A stretch of DNA of 64,000 bases, from NCBI GenBank assembly GCA_963674595.2, contig CAXXFV010000004.1, positions 32,001 through 96,000 of the forward strand, read 5' to 3'. The position numbers and the translations under genes are program-made. Below, one piece after another: positions 1 to 9,730 of the stretch. Under the pieces are notes generated by a model that ran no database searches, was not told where the DNA came from, and saw only the letters and a list, made by a program, of their open reading frames with translations. Numbering within the stretch: position 1 is the stretch's first letter; the number at the start of each line of letters is the position of its first letter. The DNA comes from a bacterium. GTDB taxonomy: Bacteria; Zhuqueibacterota; Zhuqueibacteria; Residuimicrobiales; Krinioviventaceae.

Positions 1-466
1 AATCACTTTTAGAATTTGCATGATCTGTTAAATGGACCGCCCAGTCCTTCATAACGGTGATTATAGTTCCTTCCCTGGGATTGGAAATAGCTGTTCGGGC
101 GCGTTCAGCCGCATTTTTTACCGCAATGGCAAATGTTTCTGTGCTTACCCTGACCTTGCCTCTTGTTTCTTCTGCAAGGCCCTGAAAAAACTGGGCTAAA
201 ATTACTCCGGAATTTCCTCTGGCGCCGCTCAGGGCCGAGTCTGCAATGGCATTGCTGACACCTTCAAAACTGGTATCATGACATCTTTCCGCTCCTTCTG
301 CAATGACCTGCATTGTCTGGGCCATATTCGTACCTGTATCACCATCGGGCACTGGAAAAACATTTATATCATTTAAATGGTCCTGCATTTGCATGACACG
401 ACGGGCAGAGGCAATAATGGACCTCTTTAACCGAGGACCATCAATATATTTTATTTTCACACGCAT
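1..466 (-). CDS. DAK2-domain protein (fatty acid kinase FakA/YloV-like), 5' part; runs off the left edge
   Basis: Not in the ORF track. Manual translation from ATG at 466 gives MRVKIKYIDGPRLKRSII...HLNDINVFPVPDGDTGTNM...GARGNSGVILAQ...PREGTIITV, the DAK2/FakA signature motifs. Confidence 0.9.
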   Translation of the reverse strand, partial: MRVKIKYIDGPRLKRSIIASARRVMQMQDHLNDINVFPVPDGDTGTNMAQTMQVIAEGAERCHDTSFEGVSNAIADSALSGARGNSGVILAQFFQGLAEETRGKVRVSTETFAIAVKNAAERARTAISNPREGTIITVMKDWAVHLTDHANSKSD

Positions 467-561
467 AGATCTATCACACTTGTAAAATTAGAAATCCAAA
501 GTAAATGAAAATAAAGACAGATGCAACTGAATTTTATTCAATCTTTTCTCACAAATTCAAC

Positions 562-1497
562 CTAATTTTTAGACTGTAACCGATTAAAGGCCAGCTTTAT
601 ATCGTGCTCAAAAACACCATTTAATGCCAATGCAAGTTGAGTTTCCAAAAGGCCCAGAGGCGTTCCCATGTCCAGGCGCTCACCTTGAATTTCCAATCCG
701 ACAGCTCCCTCTGCTGCACACAGTTCAGCCTGGGCGGTCGTCAGTTGAATTTCCCCATTCTGACGGACATTATTTTTAATATGATTTTGTAATATTTCAA
801 ATATTTTAGTGGATAATACATGCATTCCAAAAAATGTTAAAAACATATCAGCAGGCAATCCCTCTATGGCCAAATTTTCACGTGCATAGGCAACCTGGGG
901 TTTTTCAACTATTTTATTTAATTGATAAGCATTCGGGGATTCCGGTATCTGTTCACCTGCAACCGTTCCAAACAGATATAAAAGTTCGGCAGGCGTTTGC
1001 TTTACAGCATAAATTGATTTTTTAAAAAGCTTGTATCCTTCAATAACCTGTTGAACACAGGAAACATCTGTTTGGGAAACATATAGATGATCACCCAGTA
1101 ACAGTAAAAAAGGTTCATCACCCACCCAGTCAGCAGCACAATTGACGGCATGACCATAACCTTCCTGTTGCTCCTGGTATAAATAGGTTATACTATTTTC
1201 CAGATGGGCCAGCATTTCAGACTGACGTAATCCCCATTTTTTATTTGTAAAAGAACTTTTTTCATTTTCAGACAAACTTTTAAAGTGAGACTTGAACTGC
1301 CTTTCCTCTCCGGGATTTACAATAATTGCAATTTCATCAATTCCGGCCCGGACAACCTGTTCGGCAATAATTTGAATCACAGGTTTTGTTATGCCGTCAC
1401 GATCAACAAGAGGGAACAGCTCTTTTTGTATGGAATTGGTTGCCGGGTATTGACGCGTTCCTTTTCCCGCAGCAGTTATAACTGCTTTTTTAATCAT
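562..1497 (-). CDS. Sugar-1-phosphate nucleotidyltransferase (GalU-like)
   Basis: N-terminal KAVITAAGKGTR...P.T...KE motif, plus GYGHAV, LLLGD, IVEKP, GEIQLT and DMG motifs of the NTP_transferase family. Confidence 0.85.
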   Translation of the reverse strand: MIKKAVITAAGKGTRQYPATNSIQKELFPLVDRDGITKPVIQIIAEQVVRAGIDEIAIIVNPGEERQFKSHFKSLSENEKSSFTNKKWGLRQSEMLAHLENSITYLYQEQQEGYGHAVNCAADWVGDEPFLLLLGDHLYVSQTDVSCVQQVIEGYKLFKKSIYAVKQTPAELLYLFGTVAGEQIPESPNAYQLNKIVEKPQVAYARENLAIEGLPADMFLTFFGMHVLSTKIFEILQNHIKNNVRQNGEIQLTTAQAELCAAEGAVGLEIQGERLDMGTPLGLLETQLALALNGVFEHDIKLAFNRLQSKN

Positions 1498-1507
1498 GTT
1501 TTCACCA

Positions 1508-2527
1508 TTATTTGAGTATATTATATTTTTTTAATATTTTTTGTAACACAGGCTCTATCTGCCGATATAAGGTTTCATTAGCATAGGCCACCCAGGAAAC
1601 ATTGCTCATTACATTCAGACATGGATTTAAAAAATTTCCTTCAAGATCGGTAATAATAACCCCGGCCTCTCTGGCGACAAGTTCGGTACAAACATCATAA
1701 GGGTGGGCCGCCATCCCGGGCGGGATGCCGTTCAGGCCCGTTGCTTTCATCAGGTCGGCGCGAAAATCTCCGCTAAACCGGTCATGACCGACAGCCAACT
1801 CGTAAAATTGTCCGCCGGTGCTGATATATTGATCATCAAACACAAACGTTGTTTCAAGGTCATCTAAAAGGCCAAGCTCCGATAACAATTCTTCTTCAAT
1901 AGCGGCCGTAATCTGCTTTCTTCCGGGGAAAAATTTTGTCAACATGGCAAAACCATGTTTAAGGGTTTTGGCTGAGCTTGGTTTGGGGTAAAACGTTTCG
2001 TTCTCACCGGTGATTAAATTCATCCTCTCCCCTTTTGTTCCTCTGCCGCGAACAGCATAAAGCATATCGGCCAGGTATTGTTTACGCAAAGGAACTTCAG
2101 TCTGAATAGCAAGCTCAATATCCATTAAAGAGGTTTCCGGCCCAAGATTAGGGGCAAGAGCGGATAAAATCCAGGCGCTTCGTTTCTCATACATGATGCC
2201 ACGGGTTCCGTCAATCGGGTCGACAATCAGTCGAAACACAGCATCTTCAGGGTCCGCATCTTCGGGAAATATCATCGGGTCTCTTTCATCAAAACCCTCG
2301 GCAACAAGAATAAACGGTTCTTCTTCTCCCCAGATTTTACACTCTTTAAGAAGAATATCCTCACAGCTCTGATCGATGTTGTAAATAAAATCCGATTCCG
2401 CTTTTCTGGCAACAGAAGCCATTTCAATGTAATCGTGTTTTTTAGTATGTAAAACGATGGCATCTCGCATGGCCAGATGAATATTTTTAAGCCTGCTCAA
2501 TGCCCGGGTTAAAAAATCGGTATCCAT
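1508..2527 (-). CDS. Inositol monophosphatase / FBPase-superfamily phosphatase
   Basis: IVDPIDGT metal-binding motif, upstream AEG, and C-terminal PYD..(A)...EAG.IITD motif. Confidence 0.85.
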   Translation of the reverse strand: MDTDFLTRALSRLKNIHLAMRDAIVLHTKKHDYIEMASVARKAESDFIYNIDQSCEDILLKECKIWGEEEPFILVAEGFDERDPMIFPEDADPEDAVFRLIVDPIDGTRGIMYEKRSAWILSALAPNLGPETSLMDIELAIQTEVPLRKQYLADMLYAVRGRGTKGERMNLITGENETFYPKPSSAKTLKHGFAMLTKFFPGRKQITAAIEEELLSELGLLDDLETTFVFDDQYISTGGQFYELAVGHDRFSGDFRADLMKATGLNGIPPGMAAHPYDVCTELVAREAGVIITDLEGNFLNPCLNVMSNVSWVAYANETLYRQIEPVLQKILKKYNILK

Positions 2528-2536
2528 TAAAACTCC

Positions 2537-3961
2537 CTAAAATTTAACAATACTAGTTCCAATCGCTATGGCGCCGGGAGAAGATCCCCAAAAAACATAG
2601 GGTGTCAATCCTGTTGCATCCTTGTAAAGGGCCGCAATATTTTCTATAACATTCCGGGTGCCGGCGCGGGCCAAAACAGCAACAGTTCCTCCACTGCCGC
2701 CGCCGGTAATCTTGGCGCCATACAATCCGGATTCAACACCAGCCTCTTTAACCAAATCAACAATTACGTCCGTTTCTTTTGCACCCAATCCACAATTCTT
2801 GCTGTAACTTTCATGCGACTCATACAAAAGCCTGCCTGCACCAATCAAAATATCTTCAGAGGGATCTTTGGCATAAAAGTCCAGCGCTTCGATGAATTGA
2901 TACACTCTTTCATTTTCCATAATAGCATGTTCAGCCCGTGAACGCGGACGATAATTTTTTTCAGGATCAATCACGGTTACCGGATCATCATGAGATTTTA
3001 ATTTTTCGAGAAACTCTTTTCCTGTAATTTTTACAGGCACACTTTTTTTATACTTTTCTTCCCAATCTTTTGATGACACATTACACAAATATCCGGCAAA
3101 GGGCTGTTCATTCCTATCTGTTTTAACTTTATGAAATATATATTTTCTTCCCATAAACGTTGCAATTCGCGTATCCGTATAGGGGTTACCGTTCACAGCA
3201 TGCCGTACATTTGAAAAAATCCCGATAAACTGAATTCCTTTTGGAATGGTCATCATTCGAACAATTTCATGCGGCTGGCATTTAAGAACAACAAATTTAT
3301 TCTCTTCACCAAAAGCGGTGGTTACCTGGTCCATAATACCACAGGCAGCGCCGACAACAGAATTTTCCAAAATCTGGCACAACCGTGCTAATTGAAAAGA
3401 GTCTATTTGTATATTAAATGCTTTTGTCAAGGCCTGAACAACAGCAACCTCTAAAGAAGCCGAAGAACTGACACCGGAACCAAAGGGGATTGTTCCAACA
3501 ATACCGATTGTTGCACCAAATTCAAAATTTGAGCAAATATTTTCCGTCAAAAGAACATGAAAGGCGCCCAACACATAAGCAGACCAGGCTATTTCCAGAG
3601 TTTTCAATAATTCGTCATGTATTGTTTGATAGGATTTTAATTTGTCCCCGGTGTAAAAATCATCCAAATTAAATTGAACAGTAGAAGTATATCCTTCTGA
3701 TTTTGCGGCAAGACTTTTTACTAAAATTCGGCGGTCCCGACGCTTTTGTACGCCGACAATGGTTGATTCGGCCAAAGGCAGTTCCAGCACCACAGAACCG
3801 GAATAATCGGCTATGCCTCCCAAAACATCCAGCCTTGCCGGAGCCCGAGCAATGACCACATCTCTATCCGGTAAGAACAAACCGCCAAAATTATACCTGA
3901 TTTTATTTGTAAAATCTATCAGATCATTCGGATAATTTTCTGGTGAAAGACGATGGCCCAT
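2537..3961 (-). CDS. GHMP-family sugar kinase (galactokinase / plant L-arabinokinase-like)
   Basis: RAPARLDVLGGIADYSGS, PFGSGVSSSA, ACGIMDQ and LYGAKITGGGSGG motifs. Confidence 0.88.
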   Translation of the reverse strand: MGHRLSPENYPNDLIDFTNKIRYNFGGLFLPDRDVVIARAPARLDVLGGIADYSGSVVLELPLAESTIVGVQKRRDRRILVKSLAAKSEGYTSTVQFNLDDFYTGDKLKSYQTIHDELLKTLEIAWSAYVLGAFHVLLTENICSNFEFGATIGIVGTIPFGSGVSSSASLEVAVVQALTKAFNIQIDSFQLARLCQILENSVVGAACGIMDQVTTAFGEENKFVVLKCQPHEIVRMMTIPKGIQFIGIFSNVRHAVNGNPYTDTRIATFMGRKYIFHKVKTDRNEQPFAGYLCNVSSKDWEEKYKKSVPVKITGKEFLEKLKSHDDPVTVIDPEKNYRPRSRAEHAIMENERVYQFIEALDFYAKDPSEDILIGAGRLLYESHESYSKNCGLGAKETDVIVDLVKEAGVESGLYGAKITGGGSGGTVAVLARAGTRNVIENIAALYKDATGLTPYVFWGSSPGAIAIGTSIVKF

Positions 3962-4000
3962 GACATTTCTTTCTTATATTCTAGTTTTTATATACTTGGC

Positions 4001-4028
4001 AATATACTAAAATTAAGAAAAAATACAA
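4001..4028 (-). promoter_or_regulatory. Possible sigma70 promoter for the GHMP kinase operon
   Basis: Minus strand reads TTGTAT-N16-TATATT about 40 nt upstream of the ATG at 3961. The AT-rich context weakens this. Confidence 0.35.
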
Positions 4029-4110
4029 ACACAACTCAAAAAAAATAAAAAAAATTTTCATATTACACGGTAACGGAAACGGTTAAGAAATAAAGACTTT
4101 GATAAAAAAC

Positions 4111-4139
4111 TTGACTAGGTGATTCAGAAATTATATATT
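4111..4139 (+). promoter_or_regulatory. Sigma70 promoter for the SDR-flavoprotein operon
   Basis: TTGACT-N17-TATATT, followed by a GAGGA Shine-Dalgarno before the ATG at 4184. Confidence 0.6.
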
Positions 4140-4183
4140 GTTTTACATTAATTTATTAGTAACAAAAGATAACGTGAGGAAAT

Positions 4184-4957
4184 ATGAACAAACCTGTTGC
4201 ATTAATTACAGGAGCTGGACGGGGAATTGGACGGGGAATTGCAGAAAAACTTGCTGAAACCGGATATAATATTGCTATTGATGATATACATAACGAATCT
4301 GACATTAAAGATACATTAGATACAATTAAAAGTAAAGGTGCTTCCGTTTTATATATTCAAGCTGACATATCTATTGCAGATGAAAGACTCGATATTATAA
4401 ACAAAATAGGGAAAGAATTTGGCAGACTGGATTTACTGGTAAACAATGCCGGGGTTGCACCCAAACAACGTTTAGATATTTTAGAAGCAACAGAAGAGAG
4501 CTTTGACAGGGTAATGACAATAAACCTGAAAAGCCCCTATTTTTTAACACAACTTGTTGCAAACTGGATGATTGAACAGCAAAAAGAAAATCCAGACCGT
4601 AATTACAGAGTTATCAACACCAGCTCTATATCTGCTTACACATCATCACCTGCCCGTGGTGAATATTGTTTATCCAAAGCAGGCATTGCCATGATGACAA
4701 AACTCTATGCAGATCGCTTGTCGGAATATAATATCGGTGTTTATGAAATCAGACCCGGTATTATCATGACGGATATGACCAAAGTTGTACAGGAAAAATA
4801 TGACAAAATGATTAGCGACGGCCTGCTGCCCCTTAAAAGATGGGGCTACCCGGAAGACATTGCCAAGGCTGTTGCCGGTATCGCTTTAGGTTATTTTGAT
4901 TATTCCACCGGTGAAGTGATCAATGTAGATGGTGGATTTCATTTACGCAGGTTATAG
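4184..4957 (+). CDS. Short-chain dehydrogenase/reductase (3-ketoacyl-ACP reductase-like, probably acting on a sugar)
   Basis: TGAGRGIG, NNAG, catalytic S...YCLSK, and C-terminal TGEVINVDGG. Confidence 0.9.
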   Translation: MNKPVALITGAGRGIGRGIAEKLAETGYNIAIDDIHNESDIKDTLDTIKSKGASVLYIQADISIADERLDIINKIGKEFGRLDLLVNNAGVAPKQRLDILEATEESFDRVMTINLKSPYFLTQLVANWMIEQQKENPDRNYRVINTSSISAYTSSPARGEYCLSKAGIAMMTKLYADRLSEYNIGVYEIRPGIIMTDMTKVVQEKYDKMISDGLLPLKRWGYPEDIAKAVAGIALGYFDYSTGEVINVDGGFHLRRL

Positions 4958-5002
4958 CTATATTCCCTGTCTCGCAGCAGGGTTTGTAATTATGGAGAAT
5001 TT

Positions 5003-7003
5003 ATGAATAAAACATTATTGAAAATAAATAATATAGAATTTCCATTATGGGAACTGGAAACACTTGTTATAGGCAGCGGTGCTGCCTCCCTTAATTGTGC
5101 TGATCACCTTTTTACCTATGGAAAAACCGACATTGCCATCGTTACAGAAAAAATCGGTGGCGGAACCTCAAACAATACCGGCTCTGACAAGCAAACCTAT
5201 TACAAACTCTCGGTCAGCGGTAAAGAACCAGACTCTCCTTTTGAAATGGCAAAATCGCTGTTTGACGGAGGAGCAATGCATGGTGACCTTGCCCTGATTG
5301 AAGCAACCATGTCGGCGCAGGAATTTTTCCATCTTGCCCAGATCGGCGTTCAGTTTCCACACAATGGAATTGGCGGCTACGTAGGTTACAAAACCGATCA
5401 TGACCCAAGACAGCGGGCTACCTCCGCAGGTCCATGGACTTCCAATCAGATGTTTCAATGCCTTTTCCAGGAAGTCTCAAAGAAAAAAATCCCTATATTT
5501 GACGAACATGACGTAGTCGCCCTTCTTACTGAAAATGATATGGCTGTTGGAATTATTGCCATTGACAAAAACAATATGGATGACGAAACCTTTGGTTTGG
5601 TTTTCTTTAAAGCAAATGATATTGTTTTTGGAACTGGTGGTCCCGGCGGTATATACAAAACGTCAGTTTATCCAAAAGTACATATCGGTGCTATCGGCCT
5701 GGCAATTGAAGCGGGCGCCGTATGCCGCAACCTGACGGAATCACAATATGGTCTCGCTTCAACCAAATTCAGATGGAACGTTTCCGGTACTTATCAGCAG
5801 GTCATTCCGACCTATATCAGTACCGACGAAAACGGCAACGATGAAAAAGAATTTTTAAATGATTATTTTCCGGATATGGGAACACTGGCAACAGATGTTT
5901 TCCTGAAAGGCTATCAATGGCCCTTTGATCCGCGAAAAATCCCCGATTACGGTTCGTCTCTGGTAGATGTACTTGTATATATTGAAACAGTTGTTAAAGG
6001 CCGACGGGTTTTCATGGATTTCCGTAAAAATCCACAAGGCGATGCTCGTATCGGCTCTTTTTCTTTTGATACACTTGAACCGGAAGCCTACAAGTATCTT
6101 GAAAATTCTAACGCCCTTTTTGGCACCCCAATCCAGCGTTTGGAAAAAATGAATCCGCTGGCCATCGAATTATATAATAAAAATGGTATCGACATTAAAA
6201 CAGAACCTCTTGAAGTGGCCGTATGTGCACAACATAATAACGGCGGGCTTGCCGGTGATATTTGGTGGGAATCAAACATCAAACATCTTTATCCGATTGG
6301 TGAAGTCAACGGCAGCCACGGTGTATATCGACCCGGCGGTTCCGCTTTAAATTCAGGACAAGTTGGTTCATTGCGCGCTGCACAGCGTATCGCTAAAGCC
6401 GGAAAGACCAATCCGGTTGATAAAAATGGATTTCTCAAAGCAGCAACAAGCAAAGGTGAAGAAATTTTTAAAATTTGTCAACAATTCACATCCGGCAATA
6501 AAACAGCCAAAACGGCTGAACAATATAGAGATGAATTCCAATTGCGCATGACAAATTACGGGTCCCACATCCGTGATTTGGACAATGTCAAAAAAGCTAT
6601 AGATGAAGCTTATCAACAAATCAAGGACTTTGGCCAACAGTCAATCAATGACCGTAAAGACCTGCCGTATATTTTTCAAAACCGGCACCTGGTGCTCGCC
6701 CATGCCGCATACCTGGAAGCTGTACGAGCTTTTCTTGAAAATGACGGCGGCAGTCGCGGCTCTTATATGGTGATGGACAAAAACGGTCAACCCGTTCTTG
6801 ACAAATTAGGTGACGAATGGCGCTATAAACTTGAAACCCCGGAATTACGCAATCAGGTTTTGGAAACTGTTTTGGGAAAAGACGGTAAATTCACTTCCTC
6901 CTGGAAAACAGTCAGACCGCTGCCTGAAGAAGAATCCTGGTTCGAAAACGTTTGGGGCAAATACATGAAAAACGAAATTTTTAACGAAACCAGCGACATA
7001 TAA
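5003..7003 (+). CDS. FAD-binding protein of the SdhA/FrdA/NadB superfamily, function unknown
   Basis: VIGSGAA FAD motif, FGTGG, HNNGGL, LYPIGE...HGVYRPGGSAL. No adjacent iron-sulfur subunit. Confidence 0.8.
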   Translation: MNKTLLKINNIEFPLWELETLVIGSGAASLNCADHLFTYGKTDIAIVTEKIGGGTSNNTGSDKQTYYKLSVSGKEPDSPFEMAKSLFDGGAMHGDLALIEATMSAQEFFHLAQIGVQFPHNGIGGYVGYKTDHDPRQRATSAGPWTSNQMFQCLFQEVSKKKIPIFDEHDVVALLTENDMAVGIIAIDKNNMDDETFGLVFFKANDIVFGTGGPGGIYKTSVYPKVHIGAIGLAIEAGAVCRNLTESQYGLASTKFRWNVSGTYQQVIPTYISTDENGNDEKEFLNDYFPDMGTLATDVFLKGYQWPFDPRKIPDYGSSLVDVLVYIETVVKGRRVFMDFRKNPQGDARIGSFSFDTLEPEAYKYLENSNALFGTPIQRLEKMNPLAIELYNKNGIDIKTEPLEVAVCAQHNNGGLAGDIWWESNIKHLYPIGEVNGSHGVYRPGGSALNSGQVGSLRAAQRIAKAGKTNPVDKNGFLKAATSKGEEIFKICQQFTSGNKTAKTAEQYRDEFQLRMTNYGSHIRDLDNVKKAIDEAYQQIKDFGQQSINDRKDLPYIFQNRHLVLAHAAYLEAVRAFLENDGGSRGSYMVMDKNGQPVLDKLGDEWRYKLETPELRNQVLETVLGKDGKFTSSWKTVRPLPEEESWFENVWGKYMKNEIFNETSDI

Positions 7004-7026
7004 TATTATAGAAAATACCCCCCTTT

Positions 7027-7081
7027 ATAGGCTGCCTGATTGAAATTCGACAAATAGAATTATTGGACAGCCTATTTTTTT
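7027..7081 (+). terminator. Probable intrinsic terminator
   Basis: ATAGGCTG...CAGCCTAT inverted repeat (imperfect longer stem) followed by a T run, just after the flavoprotein stop. Confidence 0.55.
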
Positions 7082-7171
7082 ATCATTATTCATACAAATT
7101 CTGGCATCAAAATAAAATTATTAATATATTTAAAAATATAAGTTTTATTTTAAAAAATTGAAGAGGGAGTA

Positions 7172-8602
7172 ATGAATATCTTTTCAAACAACCTTCCTAA
7201 AGACCAGAAAATTCGATCCATCTTTCAACAAAAATCCATTGATATAGAAAACAAAATCAATCATGTTCGTTTTCTTCTCTTTTTTGGCGGGGCCTTTTGC
7301 GATACAATCTATCTTTTAGTAACGACTGAATTTTCCATATTTTTAAAAACATTTCTTCCGCTGATTATTATTTTTATGGTCCCTTTTGCTGCCTACTCTT
7401 TTATCATCCACAAGTTAACCAAAACAAATATATATCGTCCGTGGCTAAAATTTTTAACTATTACTTTTGATATTTTATTACTTTTTGCTGCTTTTTATGA
7501 ATTTTATCACAACGAGGTTTTTCTATCTGTATTTTCAAAGAACGAATTTATCTGGATGAGCACTTTTCTTTTACTTTTATTTACTCTTTTTGGATTTGTG
7601 CGTCTGGACAAACCGGCAATTATCTATAATACAATTTTAACATTTACTATCAATCTACTGATTTTCTATTTTGCGGATTTTAGATCCCATTATATCATTT
7701 ATGGCAGTTCCATCGGTCTTTTATTTCTAGGTATTTTTAGTTTATGGATTACAGAACATTCGATAAGGCATTTAATCGCCGGTGTTCAATTGACACTCAC
7801 CAACAAAGAGCTGGAAAAAGCAAACAACCAGATATCTCTACAGAAAAATGAATTACAAGACGCCCTTGATACACTGAAAGACGCACAAGCCCAGCTTGTA
7901 CAGTCCGGTAAAATGGCGGCTCTGGGAAAATTAGTAGCAGGTATAGCCCATGAGGTAAATAACCCGATTGGTGCTGTTATAAGTTCATCAAACAACATAA
8001 GCCGCTGCCTGAAAATTCTCACCTCACCCGTCAAAACAGGTCAAACTAGTAATGTTATGGCTATTCTTGAACAAAACAATAACGTTATTAACGATGCCTC
8101 TCAGCGAATATCTCAAATCGTAAAAAGCCTGAAAAGTTTTTCCCGGCTTGATGAAGCAGAATATAAAAAAACAAACATCCACAACGATATTGAAAACACG
8201 TTGATGATTCTTGCTCATAAAACAAAAGGGAAAATTGACATTGTAAAAAACTTTGGCGAGGTTCCGGAACTGAAATGTTACCCAAACCAGTTAAACCAGG
8301 TTTTTATGAATATTTTGTCAAACGCAATTGATGCTATCGAAAACAAGGGGAGCATTTCAATTACTACGGAGACACAAAACAGCACATTATTAATCCATAT
8401 AAAAGATAGTGGTAAGGGCATCTCTCCGCAAATTATGGATAAAATTTTTGATCCCGGATTTACAACAAAAGGCGTTGGTGTTGGAACGGGTTTGGGACTT
8501 TCTATCAGTTACAATATCATTCAAAAACATCATGGAGATATAAGCGTATCAAGTAATCCCGATGAGGGCACCTGCTTTACCCTGGCGCTTCCTTTATCAT
8601 AA
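7172..8602 (+). CDS. Multi-pass membrane sensor histidine kinase, no adjacent cognate regulator
   Basis: About 6-7 hydrophobic N-terminal segments, a coiled coil, H-box AGIAHEVNNP, N-box NQVFMNILSNA, and G boxes DSGKG, FTTK, GTGLGL. Confidence 0.92.
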   Translation: MNIFSNNLPKDQKIRSIFQQKSIDIENKINHVRFLLFFGGAFCDTIYLLVTTEFSIFLKTFLPLIIIFMVPFAAYSFIIHKLTKTNIYRPWLKFLTITFDILLLFAAFYEFYHNEVFLSVFSKNEFIWMSTFLLLLFTLFGFVRLDKPAIIYNTILTFTINLLIFYFADFRSHYIIYGSSIGLLFLGIFSLWITEHSIRHLIAGVQLTLTNKELEKANNQISLQKNELQDALDTLKDAQAQLVQSGKMAALGKLVAGIAHEVNNPIGAVISSSNNISRCLKILTSPVKTGQTSNVMAILEQNNNVINDASQRISQIVKSLKSFSRLDEAEYKKTNIHNDIENTLMILAHKTKGKIDIVKNFGEVPELKCYPNQLNQVFMNILSNAIDAIENKGSISITTETQNSTLLIHIKDSGKGISPQIMDKIFDPGFTTKGVGVGTGLGLSISYNIIQKHHGDISVSSNPDEGTCFTLALPLS

Positions 8603-8641
8603 GCCAATCTGACTTTTAAAAACACCTAAATTTTTATTGAT

Positions 8642-9730
8642 CTAATGAATAACCTTGACGGGGATTTGAAACTCAAAGCCTAAATTAAACAACCATTTTT
8701 CATAATAAAGGCTGGGCAAAGGGGATTCGTTTTTATACCAGGCAGAGCGAAACATAATTGCCAGATTTTGCATAACATCTCTGGAATAATCAAAAACGAA
8801 AAAATTGCTTTGTTCCTTTTCCGTATCCAAATCGACCGGTAAAAGCGGCAAAAAATCATCGAGATAGGATTTATTTTGCATGGTAATAAATCCACGAAAC
8901 AGATTCTTTCCAAAACTTTTCGCAAGCATGACCGTAACAATATGACGATCAAAATCAAAACCATAACTATTGGAGCGATTTTGTTCATAATGATAAGATG
9001 CATTGACAAGAAATCCGGCAAATATCCAATCTGTGTTCAAGCCCATAATTTTACACTTGTCATTTTGGCTATCGTCTGTCAGAACCCAATCAGACATATC
9101 AGGAGCCGGTTCATAGGCCATTCTGTTGTGGTCAATCGTTCCAAAACGAAAATCCGGTGAAAATGTAAACCGGCCTATTTTTTTTGTTAATTGAAAATAT
9201 AATTGCGGGCTTTTGAAATCATAATAATCCGTTTCTCTGTAATTAAGATCATCCTGGCGAAAGCCTGTTTCAAAAACAACAGAAGGTGAATATCGCCATT
9301 GAATAAAAGGACTGAATTCTCCCAGCGAATAATCCGTATCTGCGTTTATAAACATCTTGAGCCGGCCAAACACATGCACCCCGGCATAAATAAAAGGGCT
9401 TAATTTAAGCAACATACGGCCTTTTATTTCATGAATACTTTTGTTTTCCGAATCAAAGGACGGGTAAAGTTGAAAACCTCCCTGATAACAAAAGTGGAAT
9501 AAAATACGCTTACCGTTTTTTTGAACTTTGGAATAAAGCGCTGTCCGAAAAGAATGGCCTTCTTCAGGAGCATTTAACCGTTCTTCTACATTACTGTCAT
9601 ATTCAACAGCACACTGAATTCGGTTTTTAAACAACCATCGCCCGTTATTCACCGATTGCGCAGAATGAGCACAGCATGCGCCGGTTAAAACACTTATAAA
9701 AATAATTAATTTTACAGGATCAATCGCCAT
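8642..9730 (-). CDS. Hypothetical secreted protein, probable outer-membrane beta-barrel
   Basis: Signal peptide, EYDSNV motif near the N-terminus, aromatic-rich alternating strands, and near-terminal NLGFEF resembling a beta-signal. Confidence 0.6.
   Translation of the reverse strand: MAIDPVKLIIFISVLTGACCAHSAQSVNNGRWLFKNRIQCAVEYDSNVEERLNAPEEGHSFRTALYSKVQKNGKRILFHFCYQGGFQLYPSFDSENKSIHEIKGRMLLKLSPFIYAGVHVFGRLKMFINADTDYSLGEFSPFIQWRYSPSVVFETGFRQDDLNYRETDYYDFKSPQLYFQLTKKIGRFTFSPDFRFGTIDHNRMAYEPAPDMSDWVLTDDSQNDKCKIMGLNTDWIFAGFLVNASYHYEQNRSNSYGFDFDRHIVTVMLAKSFGKNLFRGFITMQNKSYLDDFLPLLPVDLDTEKEQSNFFVFDYSRDVMQNLAIMFRSAWYKNESPLPSLYYEKWLFNLGFEFQIPVKVIH

Noticed and set aside
303-485. 60-aa plus-strand ORF
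   Set aside because: It is antisense to the DAK2 gene identified on the minus strand.
4216-4239. Exact 12-bp tandem repeat TGGACGGGGAAT x2
   Set aside because: It simply encodes GRGIGRGI of the SDR Rossmann motif.
5003-7003. Calling the flavoprotein sdhA, frdA or nadB
   Set aside because: No partner subunits or nad genes are nearby and the diagnostic segments diverge, so only the superfamily is supported.
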